Assembly: GCA_028714495.1 (NCBI GenBank)
Contig: JAQTMH010000003.1
Coordinates: 136,496 to 200,495, forward strand
Length of the DNA: 64,000 nucleotides
Direction of reading: 5' to 3'
From: Patescibacteria group bacterium
GTDB taxonomy: Bacteria; Patescibacteriota; Patescibacteriia; JAHIZJ01
A program made the translations under genes and the position numbers. The notes beneath the pieces are model-generated. The model did no database searches, was not told the DNA's origin, and saw nothing but the letters and a program-made list of their open reading frames with translations. Below are positions 9,004-18,850 of this stretch, one piece after another (position 1 is the first letter of the stretch; every line of letters starts with the position of its first letter).

Positions 9004-11799
9004 CTACTTCATAGGCAGTGTGAATATAAAAGTGCTACCTTTCCCCAATCCTTCACTTTCCACCCATATTTGCCCGCCATGGGCATCCACGATGCGCTTG
9101 GCAATGTATAAACCTAATCCAGAGCCGTCGGGCTGGACCTGGGCAATCCCCTCGCCCCGGACAAATTTTGTAAAAAGGCGCTTGGCTTCTTCTTTCGGGA
9201 TGCCGCGGCCAGTGTCTTTTACTGACACAGTAACCTCGTTGTCAGTCTTTTCAATCGCCACGGTGATTTTCCCTTTCTCCGTGTATTTGATCGCGTTATC
9301 AACGAGGTTCAAGACCACATCCTTAAGCTTGTCCGCGTCAATTGTGATCAGAGGCAATTTTTTGGCCGGTTTCCGATATTCCACTTTAAGTTTTTTCTCC
9401 TCGGCCAGTTTGATTACTTCGTTGATTTCAGCCGCTATCAAATCTTCGAGCTGGGCCGGCTTCAGATCGAGAATAAATTTACCCGCTTCGATCTTCGTGA
9501 TATTGAGAAAGAGATTGACCATTCTCACCATCCGCCTCGAGGCGTCGAGCACTTGCTTCAAAATATTCAATTTCTCCTCATCCACCTTGCCGAAATCGCC
9601 GTCCACGATCATCGAAAGCCAGCCCATGATGCCGGTCAGAGGCGTCCGCAGCTGGTGCGAGGCGATCGAGATAAAATCGTTCTTCGCTTCGTCAAGCTGT
9701 TTCAAGTGCTCATTGGCTTTGCCTAGCTCGACATTAGCCTGACGCAGTTCCTCGACCAATTTCAAATTCCGGCTGACTATGCCCATTTGGTCAGCCAGAG
9801 CCTCCATCATCTGGATCTCATCCTCAGACACTGCTTTCTTGGCTTTTTGCAGGACGAAGACGATGCAGCCGATTATCTCCTTCTCGGAGAAAATCGGCGT
9901 GGCCACTATGGTCTTGGCTCCGACCAGCTTTTGCATGGCGAAGCAAACCGGCTTCGGGATTGGCGGGCTTAGAAAATCGGAGAGATTTTCGCTGATCTGG
10001 ATATTGCCCGAACGCATGGCTTCAGTGGCCAGATCCTTGTCCTTCATTGTCCCGCTGAATTCCTCCAGTTTCTTCGGCAAAAGTTTTATCGCGGCCTGGG
10101 TTATCCTAGTCGAGGTGATCGCGGCTGGATGGGTTGTATTGCCATCGCCTTTTAAAATAATCACTCCGCCGATATAGCCCAGCTCGCCTGAAATGCCGTC
10201 AGCTATCGCCTGCGTGACTTTCTTGAAATCCAGGGACCGGGTGATGATATTGCCGATATTCTGAAGGGCGGAAAGATAGATATTGCGGTTTTTCAGCTCG
10301 ACATTGGCGAGTTGGAGATTGGCTGTGGCTTTTTCCACCTCCACTTTCATTTTCTCGCTGAACAATTTAACCTCATCATAGAGCCGCGACTTCTCGATTG
10401 CCGATCCCATCAAGGGGCTCAAAACTTCCAGCAGTTTTAAATCGTTCCCACTGTACACGTCACCGGAGCGTTTCTGGCCAAGCACATAGAGACCAGTAAC
10501 TTCGCCCTCAAGCATGATCGGAGCAATGACAGACGCGCCTGTGGCTTTTACTTCAACCAGGGATTTCTCCAGCTGTTTACGCTCGCGCTCATTGGCCGTG
10601 TCAGAGACCTTCCGCTCTAATTCCTCGAGCACTACCACTTTCTTGGTTTTCTGGATGAACTTGGCGACCGAGCCGTTCGCGTCGACGCGCGCATTAATAT
10701 TGTTAGTATTTCTATCGCGCCGTTTGCTATATGATTGTTTGTTCTTAGTCAGCAGAAGGATATCCGCGCTCTTTATTTTCAGTATCTCGGCAAGCTTCCA
10801 CTCTACGGATGTAAGCAAATCATCGATTTCTATCTTCACGCTAACCATCTCGGTCATTTTCTGGGTGGCTTCAGTGTAATCCACCTCACCTTTGAAGAAT
10901 ACGGCATCGGTAATCTTACCAAGGAGCCGCTTTAATGGATCAAAGCCAAAAACGATTATGAGCGATACAAGGATGGTCGCTAAATATCCTGATCCGCCGA
11001 GCTGTTGAATGAATAGACCTGTAAGGAAAGTAGCAGAGGTGAATGCTAGGGTAGTGAAAAGGATAAGAATAAAATAGATGATGGAACGGGAGATAACGAG
11101 ACGTATGTCAAGGAGGCGATGACGTATAATCGCATAAGCTGTAAAACCTAAAAATATTATAATTGATTGAATTCCATAAATGCTAAATTCCTGCTTTCCA
11201 AAAATGGGTAATATAATATTTGTAATCACCGCGATCCCAGCAGAAATAGTTAATCCAAAAAATAAATATTTTACTTGTTGTTTAACTATACCGCTACTTT
11301 TTCGATAGGTTCGAATTATATTGTTTAGCGCAATTATTATAAAAGTAGCAAAATAAAATATCCACGGAAGATAAGATGGACCATATACAAATTCTGTACC
11401 CCACGGATGGATGCGTACCCCCTTTACCAATAAATTGACCGGAAGAGTGCTTAGCAATATCAGTATTGGTAAGCCAATAAATAGTTTTTTCTTTTTTGAA
11501 AGATCAACTTTATTTGGAAAGATATAACTAAAATATAATAATAGCGCTGGTATAAATATCGGCCCAATAAATACTAATTTACTTATTTGAGCTGCAATAT
11601 TTTCATCACTCGTATGATCGACAAGATATGTAAATAATATCCAAATATCAATTACGATCACTAAATACCCAAATGATATACGAACCTTACTACCCTTTGA
11701 TTTAATTATTATAAACACACCAATTAAGCCACATAAAAACAACACAAAAAAGGTAATTATTGTGGAAATATTGAGAGGAATATTAAACATTTTGTTCAA
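9004..11799 (-). CDS. sensor histidine kinase with N-terminal 7TM receptor domain and GAF domains
   Basis: N-terminal ~230 aa has seven hydrophobic helices and is homologous to the 7TM-only proteins at 13326, 14009 and 15381 (FIGPIFIPALLLYFSYIFP). H-box ISIASHQLRTPLTGI; HATPase motifs DNAIKYT, DTGRGIP, GSGLGLYIAKRIVDAHGG. Confidence 0.85.
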   Translation of the reverse strand: MNKMFNIPLNISTIITFFVLFLCGLIGVFIIIKSKGSKVRISFGYLVIVIDIWILFTYLVDHTSDENIAAQISKLVFIGPIFIPALLLYFSYIFPNKVDLSKKKKLFIGLPILILLSTLPVNLLVKGVRIHPWGTEFVYGPSYLPWIFYFATFIIIALNNIIRTYRKSSGIVKQQVKYLFFGLTISAGIAVITNIILPIFGKQEFSIYGIQSIIIFLGFTAYAIIRHRLLDIRLVISRSIIYFILILFTTLAFTSATFLTGLFIQQLGGSGYLATILVSLIIVFGFDPLKRLLGKITDAVFFKGEVDYTEATQKMTEMVSVKIEIDDLLTSVEWKLAEILKIKSADILLLTKNKQSYSKRRDRNTNNINARVDANGSVAKFIQKTKKVVVLEELERKVSDTANERERKQLEKSLVEVKATGASVIAPIMLEGEVTGLYVLGQKRSGDVYSGNDLKLLEVLSPLMGSAIEKSRLYDEVKLFSEKMKVEVEKATANLQLANVELKNRNIYLSALQNIGNIITRSLDFKKVTQAIADGISGELGYIGGVIILKGDGNTTHPAAITSTRITQAAIKLLPKKLEEFSGTMKDKDLATEAMRSGNIQISENLSDFLSPPIPKPVCFAMQKLVGAKTIVATPIFSEKEIIGCIVFVLQKAKKAVSEDEIQMMEALADQMGIVSRNLKLVEELRQANVELGKANEHLKQLDEAKNDFISIASHQLRTPLTGIMGWLSMIVDGDFGKVDEEKLNILKQVLDASRRMVRMVNLFLNITKIEAGKFILDLKPAQLEDLIAAEINEVIKLAEEKKLKVEYRKPAKKLPLITIDADKLKDVVLNLVDNAIKYTEKGKITVAIEKTDNEVTVSVKDTGRGIPKEEAKRLFTKFVRGEGIAQVQPDGSGLGLYIAKRIVDAHGGQIWVESEGLGKGSTFIFTLPMK

Positions 11800-12556
11800 T
11801 AATATTCATTACATCAATATGTAAATATTTTGGAGAAATAATATTTTTTTTATTTTGAATTATTCTGATCATTAAGGTAACGATAACGGCCGCATTCATG
11901 TATGATGCGATACCTAATTGTGGTGAAAAGCCACGTTTATCAAGCGCCATAAATATTTGTTTCAATTTAGGCACAAGGTATCTTGGTGGTTTAAAGTGTA
12001 GAGAATTTAATAAGTGTCTATAAAGATCCTCATTTGAACCCAGTTTTTTTGATCCAACAAGTATATCTTTCATAGTGGAAGAGTTTTTATTAAAAAGAAT
12101 GATAACGTTTCCAAAACCTACATTAAATGGAACAATTACTGATTTACCTTTTTTGATTGCTCTATCTGTCAATTCAACAAATACCCTCCCATAGTCAAGT
12201 GTGTTTATTATTATATCAGAACATGCAATGAGTGTGTCTATGTCTTTTGTGTTTATCCTTTTTGCGATTACTTTTATTTTGCTTTTTTCATTAATATATT
12301 TTATTTTTTTGCTTAAGGATATCGCTTTATTCTTTCCAAGGTCACTTTTAATAAATGTCTGTCTATTTAGATTACTAACCGCCACTTTATCACCATCTAC
12401 CAAGATGAAATTATTGAATCCAGTCCTGGCCGCAAGTATTGATATGTTACTTCCAACTCCACATCCTGCAAAAGCAAGCCTCACTTTTTTTATTTTATCT
12501 TGTATATTAAACGGAATATAAACCATGTTTCTGCTTACAATATCTCTATATTTCAT
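11783..12556 (-). CDS. ThiF/MoeB/E1-like adenylyltransferase (no Zn CxxC, no peptide-clamp domain)
   Basis: Rossmann FAGCGVGSN plus DGDKVAVSNLNRQ. 257 aa. Overlaps the HK start by 17 nt. Confidence 0.75.
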   Translation of the reverse strand: MKYRDIVSRNMVYIPFNIQDKIKKVRLAFAGCGVGSNISILAARTGFNNFILVDGDKVAVSNLNRQTFIKSDLGKNKAISLSKKIKYINEKSKIKVIAKRINTKDIDTLIACSDIIINTLDYGRVFVELTDRAIKKGKSVIVPFNVGFGNVIILFNKNSSTMKDILVGSKKLGSNEDLYRHLLNSLHFKPPRYLVPKLKQIFMALDKRGFSPQLGIASYMNAAVIVTLMIRIIQNKKNIISPKYLHIDVMNIIEQNV

Positions 12557-12578
12557 TTTATGTATGAATGATAATAAT

Positions 12579-13268
12579 TTAATGTATTGAATAATTTCGC
12601 TCTAATCCATTATATATCAATATTCCATTTACTATATATTTGTATAAAGCTGGATTGTGTATTTTTAAATTTTCTTCCATCTCTGCAATATCCATTATGT
12701 AAGGCGAAGTTAAGCCTTGATATACTGATTGCGGACCGATTTTTTTAAAAGGGAAACCAATTTTTTTTAATACAGGGAATAATTTATCATCTAAAACACT
12801 ATATACTTGTGTAATATCATTATGTTTTGAATATGCATATAGACCTTTAATCTGTGCTAAAAGTAGAAACTTTCGACGATATTTATTTGCTACTATTAAG
12901 CGCGAGATCTCCGCAAGACGGTCTCTATTACTTACCGGCACCTGTAATCCAATATTAAAATGTTTTTCTATTGGTAATCCTATTTCTGAATTCAGAATGA
13001 ATCTTACTGTGGCAGCTATTTCATTATCACTTTTATGGCGCAAAATAAAATGGATTGACTTGCTATCATATTCGTCTTTTTCTAACTCATTCGGATAATC
13101 TTCTTTATTTAAATAATTATATTCTAAGCAATATACTTGGTATCTTATTTTGTAAATTTCTTTGAGTTCTTCTGGCGAATCTGTAGTATAGAAATTGAAG
13201 TTTCTGTGAAACATTTTCTGAAAATACCAAAACTCAATTGACCTTTGCAATTTACTTAAAAAATACAT
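12579..13268 (-). CDS. LuxI/FeeM-like GNAT N-acyltransferase (N-acyl amino acid synthase-like)
   Basis: LKEIYKIRYQVYCLEYNYL ... EKDEYDSKSIHFIL...ATVRFIL follows the pattern of Acetyltransf_5/FeeM/autoinducer-synthase-like proteins (RxxVF..E, E.DxFD, hydrophobic-R-hydrophobic). Confidence 0.5.
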   Translation of the reverse strand: MYFLSKLQRSIEFWYFQKMFHRNFNFYTTDSPEELKEIYKIRYQVYCLEYNYLNKEDYPNELEKDEYDSKSIHFILRHKSDNEIAATVRFILNSEIGLPIEKHFNIGLQVPVSNRDRLAEISRLIVANKYRRKFLLLAQIKGLYAYSKHNDITQVYSVLDDKLFPVLKKIGFPFKKIGPQSVYQGLTSPYIMDIAEMEENLKIHNPALYKYIVNGILIYNGLERNYSIH

Positions 13269-13325
13269 ATCCGTTTATTTAATATAGTCGTGTTATTTGT
13301 ATATCTATGATAAAGTATTATGCAG

Positions 13326-14003
13326 TCATTTCTTCAACGCAACTCCCGCAATCATAACTGCCACAACACCAGCGAATATTGGAGAGTACGCCATATTAAA
13401 CGATAAATTAATAAGAGGCAAGATTCGATCAATAACCAGCCCTATTATACCACTTATTCCAATTATTATTGTTACAAAGGCAACTTGCTTTTTCTGCTGT
13501 GGAGTAACGATTTTTATCTTTTTTAATAATAAATACAACGACAAGAAAAAATATATCGATGAGACTGTAAATAACGCCCAGAACGCATTGCCCGGTTCTA
13601 TTCCAACAAATCCGCCATGTACAACAACGGCATCAATAAAACTAGGATGGGATATAATAATTGGCAAGACAATAAAAATTGATCCAAATATTAACAAACG
13701 GCGCACAAGTTGGGACATAAGAGTCGGCAATGGATAATAGATAGCCAGCTCTAGCAGACTAACGAAGCTTGCTGTTCCTGAAAAAAACGCGGCTCTGGCA
13801 AAAATCATCTTTGATGCTTCGGTAATCGGAGTCATGAGCAGTCCGACAAAGAAAGACATTAACGAAAAACCGAGCAACATGCCGCACAGCGCGTATATCG
13901 ACTGCGATTTCTGATATCGAAAATAAATGTAAAACATGACCATCAACTCAATGATAGACAGTAGCCATAGAATTATTGTGTTTGTTTCCGTAATATTATT
14001 CAT
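13326..14003 (-). CDS. stand-alone 7TM receptor-domain protein (HK 7TM paralog)
   Basis: 225 aa, seven predicted helices. Similarity to the HK N-terminus. Confidence 0.5.
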   Translation of the reverse strand: MNNITETNTIILWLLSIIELMVMFYIYFRYQKSQSIYALCGMLLGFSLMSFFVGLLMTPITEASKMIFARAAFFSGTASFVSLLELAIYYPLPTLMSQLVRRLLIFGSIFIVLPIIISHPSFIDAVVVHGGFVGIEPGNAFWALFTVSSIYFFLSLYLLLKKIKIVTPQQKKQVAFVTIIIGISGIIGLVIDRILPLINLSFNMAYSPIFAGVVAVMIAGVALKK

Positions 14004-14008
14004 CGGTT

Positions 14009-14689
14009 TTATACCACCTTCTTCTTAAACGCCACATAGGCCGTAAACCCAAGCCATACAACCGACAATTCCGCTCCGGTAAACTCCATCCACGCCGGCC
14101 GTCCAGAGCCGGCCATCGGAATAATCATGTCCGTAATCATGTTGGCAACGAATGGAATCAATATGCTAATTATTACATATTTCAATTGCCATCTGTGCAT
14201 GCCATTTGACCGTCGGTATTTTTTGATTAACGAGAAAAGCGTCCATAAGAAGAATAAAGCGAAAAAAGCCACATAAAGAGGAAATAATTTACCATATTCC
14301 AAGATTGTTAAATCACTAGTTCTCTGTACTCCGATAATTATACTATCAGTCAAAAAAAATAGCGGAGCGAATGCCACTGCCGGCACTAGCACTATCACCT
14401 TTCGCCACAATCCGGTCTGAAAAAGGCGGTACGGAAAAACCCACGAGAAATAAAGGACACTTGAAGCAATTAGTACGCCAGCGAAATACGCCATCCGATA
14501 CCAGAGAGCGGATTCAGTGTCTGTATTAATTGCAATAAAACTATTGGCTAAAATCCAGATTGTTACTCCAGTGGCTGTAAAAAGAAAAGAAATATTGACG
14601 GCATTTTTTGGGTCGCGGTTATAGATATAAAAACCGAGCGCCAGGACTATCAATGCGATAACCAGCAATATTATTCCGTGAATAATCAT
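14009..14689 (-). CDS. stand-alone 7TM receptor-domain protein (HK 7TM paralog)
   Basis: 226 aa. FYIYNRDPKNAVNISFLF...VLYFSWVFPYRLF aligns with the HK N-terminal region. Confidence 0.5.
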   Translation of the reverse strand: MIIHGIILLVIALIVLALGFYIYNRDPKNAVNISFLFTATGVTIWILANSFIAINTDTESALWYRMAYFAGVLIASSVLYFSWVFPYRLFQTGLWRKVIVLVPAVAFAPLFFLTDSIIIGVQRTSDLTILEYGKLFPLYVAFFALFFLWTLFSLIKKYRRSNGMHRWQLKYVIISILIPFVANMITDMIIPMAGSGRPAWMEFTGAELSVVWLGFTAYVAFKKKVV

Positions 14690-14843
14690 CTCACCTCTTT
14701 CTTAAAATAGTATTAGACTTAAATACCTAAAAATTATATTCTAAAACATTGTTCCTCTCAAATTGCGTATATAATTAACACCTGTATTATACAAAATTTC
14801 CACGAAAAGTCAAATGCTTGAAAATATCATAAATAACCCAACA

Positions 14844-15341
14844 TCATGAGAAAAAACGCCGGATGAGGGTAGTATTTATATAGAGGTATGGGTATACTTC
14901 ACCCTCCTTTGCCAGCTTGTGTTTAATCGGGTTGTATTTCAAATATTCTATATACCTAACAAAATCATCCTCATCTCGAATAATGCGGTCATGGAAAGAA
15001 GATTGCCAATAGAATCTCCTACCGGGGGGCAAAGGATGATCATCCTTTGCCCCAGACAACAAGATATTTGCGCTCCTTGATGTGTTGCGCTTAATATTAT
15101 GCATGATTTCAGAAATAGTATATTTGCCTTGCGGTTTAATCATGATGTGGAGATGGTCGGGTATGAATACATAACCAAACAATAAAAACCTCATCCATTC
15201 CTGAGCCAGGTGGATTTTGCACATGCCTAACCGCGCCAGGCCGACATTTTGAAAATAAGGATACTTATCCTTTGTTTTTGTTGTCACAAAATAGACTGCG
15301 TCTTCCAAATAAATCCTTTTTGCAAGATGTTTGTGTAACAT
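14844..15341 (-). CDS. REP-associated tyrosine transposase (IS200/IS605 TnpA-like, HuH)
   Basis: HuH motif IPDHLHIMI. C-terminal RFYWQSSFHDRIIRDEDDFVRYIEYLKYNPIKH is typical of the RAYT/Transposase_17 family. 165 aa. Inserted between 7TM paralogs. Confidence 0.72.
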   Translation of the reverse strand: MLHKHLAKRIYLEDAVYFVTTKTKDKYPYFQNVGLARLGMCKIHLAQEWMRFLLFGYVFIPDHLHIMIKPQGKYTISEIMHNIKRNTSRSANILLSGAKDDHPLPPGRRFYWQSSFHDRIIRDEDDFVRYIEYLKYNPIKHKLAKEGEVYPYLYINTTLIRRFFS

Positions 15342-15380
15342 AAAACAGGGTTTCCATCTCCCTGCTGTCTTTTGTCGCGC

Positions 15381-16841
15381 TTATACTTTCACGCCGATTC
15401 GTTCCAATGCTTCCTTGTACAATATGGCATTTTCCAGAGCATAGGTTGCTTCGCGGGCCAGGTTTTGGAGAAAATCAACATCTTCCTTTGTAAATGGCTC
15501 TTTTGACACTTTCCCGCCAAGCAGGACAATCGCGGACAAGCCCTGGTTCGAGGCTAGTGGTAGAGCTGCTTCAAATTTAACTCTGGCCAATTCATTCTCG
15601 CATGTTTCCAGCCGGCGCTGATCAGCCCCAAAAGCTTCTTGTATTAAATATGGAATTTCTTCACGGATTAGCATTTTCGGATGCTCTTTTAAAAAACTTG
15701 GCAGGGCGCCTTCAGACTGGAAGGAAATTTGGCCATCCAGTGAATCATAGCTCCCCTGTCTTTTGTTCACAATCAGGCAATTAATACCTTCAACCTTTAC
15801 CAGTTTCAAAGTTTCCTCAGAAAGTTCAGCGCAGAATTTTCCAAGGTCAACCGAACCAGCCACGCGCTGTCGTACGTTTTCGATCAGCTGTTTCATGTTC
15901 GGCTCTGTCCGAAAGAAGAGATGGTTGATATTCCGTATAAGCCATTTACGCAATGGGATGAACGTTGTAGCAATGACAAATACTGACGCAAAATTTACAA
16001 ACGCCCTGCTAAAATCGTATTTCTGGACAAGATAATCATTCGCGAGCAGGACAAGATAGCCGTAGATAACTAGCAAGACGACTAACACTAATGTGTGTAC
16101 CAATCCTTTACGCAATACGAAGCGGATGCCCATAAAACGGTGACGTAGCATAGCGTAGGCAACGGTAATTGAGAAAAAAGTAAAACCGACTACTCCAAGT
16201 GAATATAATTTATTGTCTCCCAGAGATGGCAAGATTAAATTAAAAGTTAAAGTGAATGCAGCCCCAACTGTAGTGGCAATTGCTATGTATTTTATTTGAA
16301 TACGTCCGATCCTTGAGTGATTAGTTTTGTAAGTAATATATAAACGCCGCAAACCTAAAGAAATAAATACTACTATATAAAATATATAGCCAAAATAAAG
16401 TTCTCCCGCTTCACTCCGGTATCCATAATTCTCAATATAATGAATATCTTTTAGATTATATTCGGTTGGAACAAACGCTGCAATTATCAGAGAGGGCAAG
16501 AACAATAATACAATTTTCCACCATTTATATTGTATATCCTTTCTTAAGAAGGTGTATGAAAATAATAGAAATAGTGTAGGTATAAATGCGGGCCCGATAA
16601 AAGTTGATCTTGCCCAGGCAAGGGCTGCAGTGTAACCAGCAACAAGATCTGACATAAAGTTAGTCACAGCCCAAATAAAAAGTGAAAGCGAGAGAAGACC
16701 AAAATATATATATGGGGCACGTCTTTTACCTTTAGAAAATAACAAAAAAGTTATCACACCCATCACTACAGCGCAAATCAAAGTCAACCCCTGAGAGGTT
16801 TGAATCTGCCAACTATGATACATTCCTGGATTGATTTCCAT
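15381..16841 (-). CDS. 7TM receptor domain fused to C-terminal GAF domain (no kinase output)
   Basis: N-terminal 7TM homologous to the HK (FIGPAFIPTLFLLFSYTF; AYAMLRHRFMGIRFV). The C-terminal 170 aa are GAF-like. Confidence 0.6.
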   Translation of the reverse strand: MEINPGMYHSWQIQTSQGLTLICAVVMGVITFLLFSKGKRRAPYIYFGLLSLSLFIWAVTNFMSDLVAGYTAALAWARSTFIGPAFIPTLFLLFSYTFLRKDIQYKWWKIVLLFLPSLIIAAFVPTEYNLKDIHYIENYGYRSEAGELYFGYIFYIVVFISLGLRRLYITYKTNHSRIGRIQIKYIAIATTVGAAFTLTFNLILPSLGDNKLYSLGVVGFTFFSITVAYAMLRHRFMGIRFVLRKGLVHTLVLVVLLVIYGYLVLLANDYLVQKYDFSRAFVNFASVFVIATTFIPLRKWLIRNINHLFFRTEPNMKQLIENVRQRVAGSVDLGKFCAELSEETLKLVKVEGINCLIVNKRQGSYDSLDGQISFQSEGALPSFLKEHPKMLIREEIPYLIQEAFGADQRRLETCENELARVKFEAALPLASNQGLSAIVLLGGKVSKEPFTKEDVDFLQNLAREATYALENAILYKEALERIGVKV

Positions 16842-16953
16842 CGCGTTTGTCTTAATTGCTATACAAAATCATACCAAAATCAGCGGAAAAGTCAAATTCC
16901 CACACTAATATATCCCTCTATTGCTTTTTGGTGTGGGTTTATATCAGAATTAT

Positions 16954-18156
16954 CTATTTAAAAACTATATTTGATGATACTGCGTTTAAGTAGTTGGCTA
17001 TCTCTTCGGTAAATTTTTTTATCTCGGTATCTGTAGAATCATACATCTTTTTGGTAAAAGCCTTAAATTCATTTTTTTTGATTGATACTTTTTCTGGAAT
17101 TAGAGCGATAAGAATAATATTATTCATTCCTGAATCATGATTCGTAAAAAAATACACTCTCGCTACTGTCCCAATCTCTCCGTCGCTATCCGAATAATCA
17201 GGAATGAATTGGTGAAAAGCGACGGCTTCATTAACACTGGTTGATGGTACGTCGATATCGATACAATCTGAATATATGTCTTCATTATTCAGAGTACCGC
17301 AGATATTACTTTTACCAATTAGATATTCCTGCAATCGTGAAAGAGTAGGTAAATTAGTGTCACTAATACAATTCGGATCTAAATCATTGCGATAACTTAT
17401 CCAAAACATGTTGCCATTTTTAGTTTGGTGATGGACAAAACCACAATAATATTCAGATTCGTATTCCCGGCTATTTAACTGTTCGAGTTCTGAATCGCTA
17501 ATGCTAAAAAATGAGTCTGGTATTTTTATCAACGCGTTTATATATGGAAGATTTAATAGTTGTTCATCGTTGGAATTTTCTATAGTTACCTTGCTTAAAT
17601 TTAGCGACTGTGACTGAGCATCAAAATAAGCTTCGATTATCTCATCAGCTTCCTGGCATTTAGTAAATACCTGGTAGGAATTTGAATTCTCTGGCGGTAT
17701 CGCGCCAGTACTGCAGACCCCTTTCCACAAAAGCTTGTCTGTATAAGCTCGAAACGGATAGATTGCGCCAGCCACACAAATCGATTGATCATCCTCGTTA
17801 TACGCGAGAAACTGCTCATTGGTCAATTGATTGTAGTTTGGAGTGATTACCAGCTCAAGAGCGTTATTCAACCGAAGAATCTTTTTACTTCCAGCATTTA
17901 TCTGTTCATAAAACTCGGTGAATGCCTGACTGCCGCAATCCCCAGTTCCACCGACAACAACACTGGGATCTTCTTGATAAAGCGACCAATTTTCAATTTG
18001 ACTTTCCAGGCTGCTATTTTTTTCCACGACACGGCTATTTAAAGTAATTTGCTCTGATGGTTTATTTTGGCTGAATATGAATATTAATACCGCGGCAATT
18101 AAGCTCACTGCCAATAACACAACAGCTAGAGTTAAATAAGATTTTTTTGGTAACAT
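16954..18156 (-). CDS. secreted Cys-containing hypothetical protein
   Basis: N-terminal TM/signal anchor. 400 aa. No known motif. Confidence 0.4.
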   Translation of the reverse strand: MLPKKSYLTLAVVLLAVSLIAAVLIFIFSQNKPSEQITLNSRVVEKNSSLESQIENWSLYQEDPSVVVGGTGDCGSQAFTEFYEQINAGSKKILRLNNALELVITPNYNQLTNEQFLAYNEDDQSICVAGAIYPFRAYTDKLLWKGVCSTGAIPPENSNSYQVFTKCQEADEIIEAYFDAQSQSLNLSKVTIENSNDEQLLNLPYINALIKIPDSFFSISDSELEQLNSREYESEYYCGFVHHQTKNGNMFWISYRNDLDPNCISDTNLPTLSRLQEYLIGKSNICGTLNNEDIYSDCIDIDVPSTSVNEAVAFHQFIPDYSDSDGEIGTVARVYFFTNHDSGMNNIILIALIPEKVSIKKNEFKAFTKKMYDSTDTEIKKFTEEIANYLNAVSSNIVFK

Positions 18157-18165
18157 ATTAACGAA

Positions 18166-18759
18166 TTAGTAATCAGTAAATTGAAAAGTTCCTAAAATAT
18201 CATCATATATTGCAGTGTACGAGTTATATTGTTCTGGTTCAGCTATATAACCAACAATTGTGATTAATGTGTTGTCATTGGGGATAAAAGTGGCTATTTG
18301 GTATCCTAGCGCGTTCTCGGTTATTTGCGACGCTTTATGGCCACTGACAGATATTTCTTTTTGATTAATTATATACGGCCTCGATTCTGTTATCTTTCCC
18401 TGAATATATCTATCCGCTTCTTCGTAATTTTTTACTGTATAACTTAATACCTCAATTTTCATCCCGCTGGTTAGCTCATTGTCTTTAGCGCTCAAATCTT
18501 TGGCCCGACTGTCTAGAAATGAAAGAGTTTTCGGATCTGGGTATGGGGCAAGTGACCAATCCCGTGGAACTTTTATTTTATAGCCTTCCTGTTTATTCGT
18601 ATAAACATTATTATCGCCACTTATTCCAATACAAATAATTGAATCATCTACTCTATTTACACAAGGTTCAGCTGGATGATGATATTTTATTCCAATAACA
18701 ATAATCAGAATAAATATTAATACTGCCAATGTAGTGTATAACGTCTTGTTAGTTTTCAT
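18166..18759 (-). CDS. membrane-anchored hypothetical protein
   Basis: N-terminal TM. 197 aa. Confidence 0.4.
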   Translation of the reverse strand: MKTNKTLYTTLAVLIFILIIVIGIKYHHPAEPCVNRVDDSIICIGISGDNNVYTNKQEGYKIKVPRDWSLAPYPDPKTLSFLDSRAKDLSAKDNELTSGMKIEVLSYTVKNYEEADRYIQGKITESRPYIINQKEISVSGHKASQITENALGYQIATFIPNDNTLITIVGYIAEPEQYNSYTAIYDDILGTFQFTDY

Positions 18760-18802
18760 ATAATTACTTGTTATGATTTAAGTATAACTTAAATAATTGA
18801 TG

Positions 18803-18829
18803 GAATAAATAGGGGGAGTAATTATCAAC
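18803..18829 (-). terminator. hairpin downstream of hydrolase paralog C
   Basis: GGGGGAGTA-attatcaac-TACTCCCCC. Confidence 0.45.
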
Positions 18830-18850
18830 TACTCCCCCATTAGACGACTT

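Noticed and set aside
9020-9742. 240-aa plus-strand ORF
   Set aside because: Antisense within the histidine kinase gene. Ser-rich low-complexity translation. The kinase frame has clear HisKA/HATPase motifs.
11783-13330. Ubiquitin-like (ThiS/MoaD, GG-ending) or MccA-like peptide partner for the ThiF-like gene
   Set aside because: No suitable small ORF was found in the 22-nt and about 57-nt intergenic gaps. The nearby small acidic protein at 29803-30027 ends in EGGLE, not GG, and is 17 kb away.
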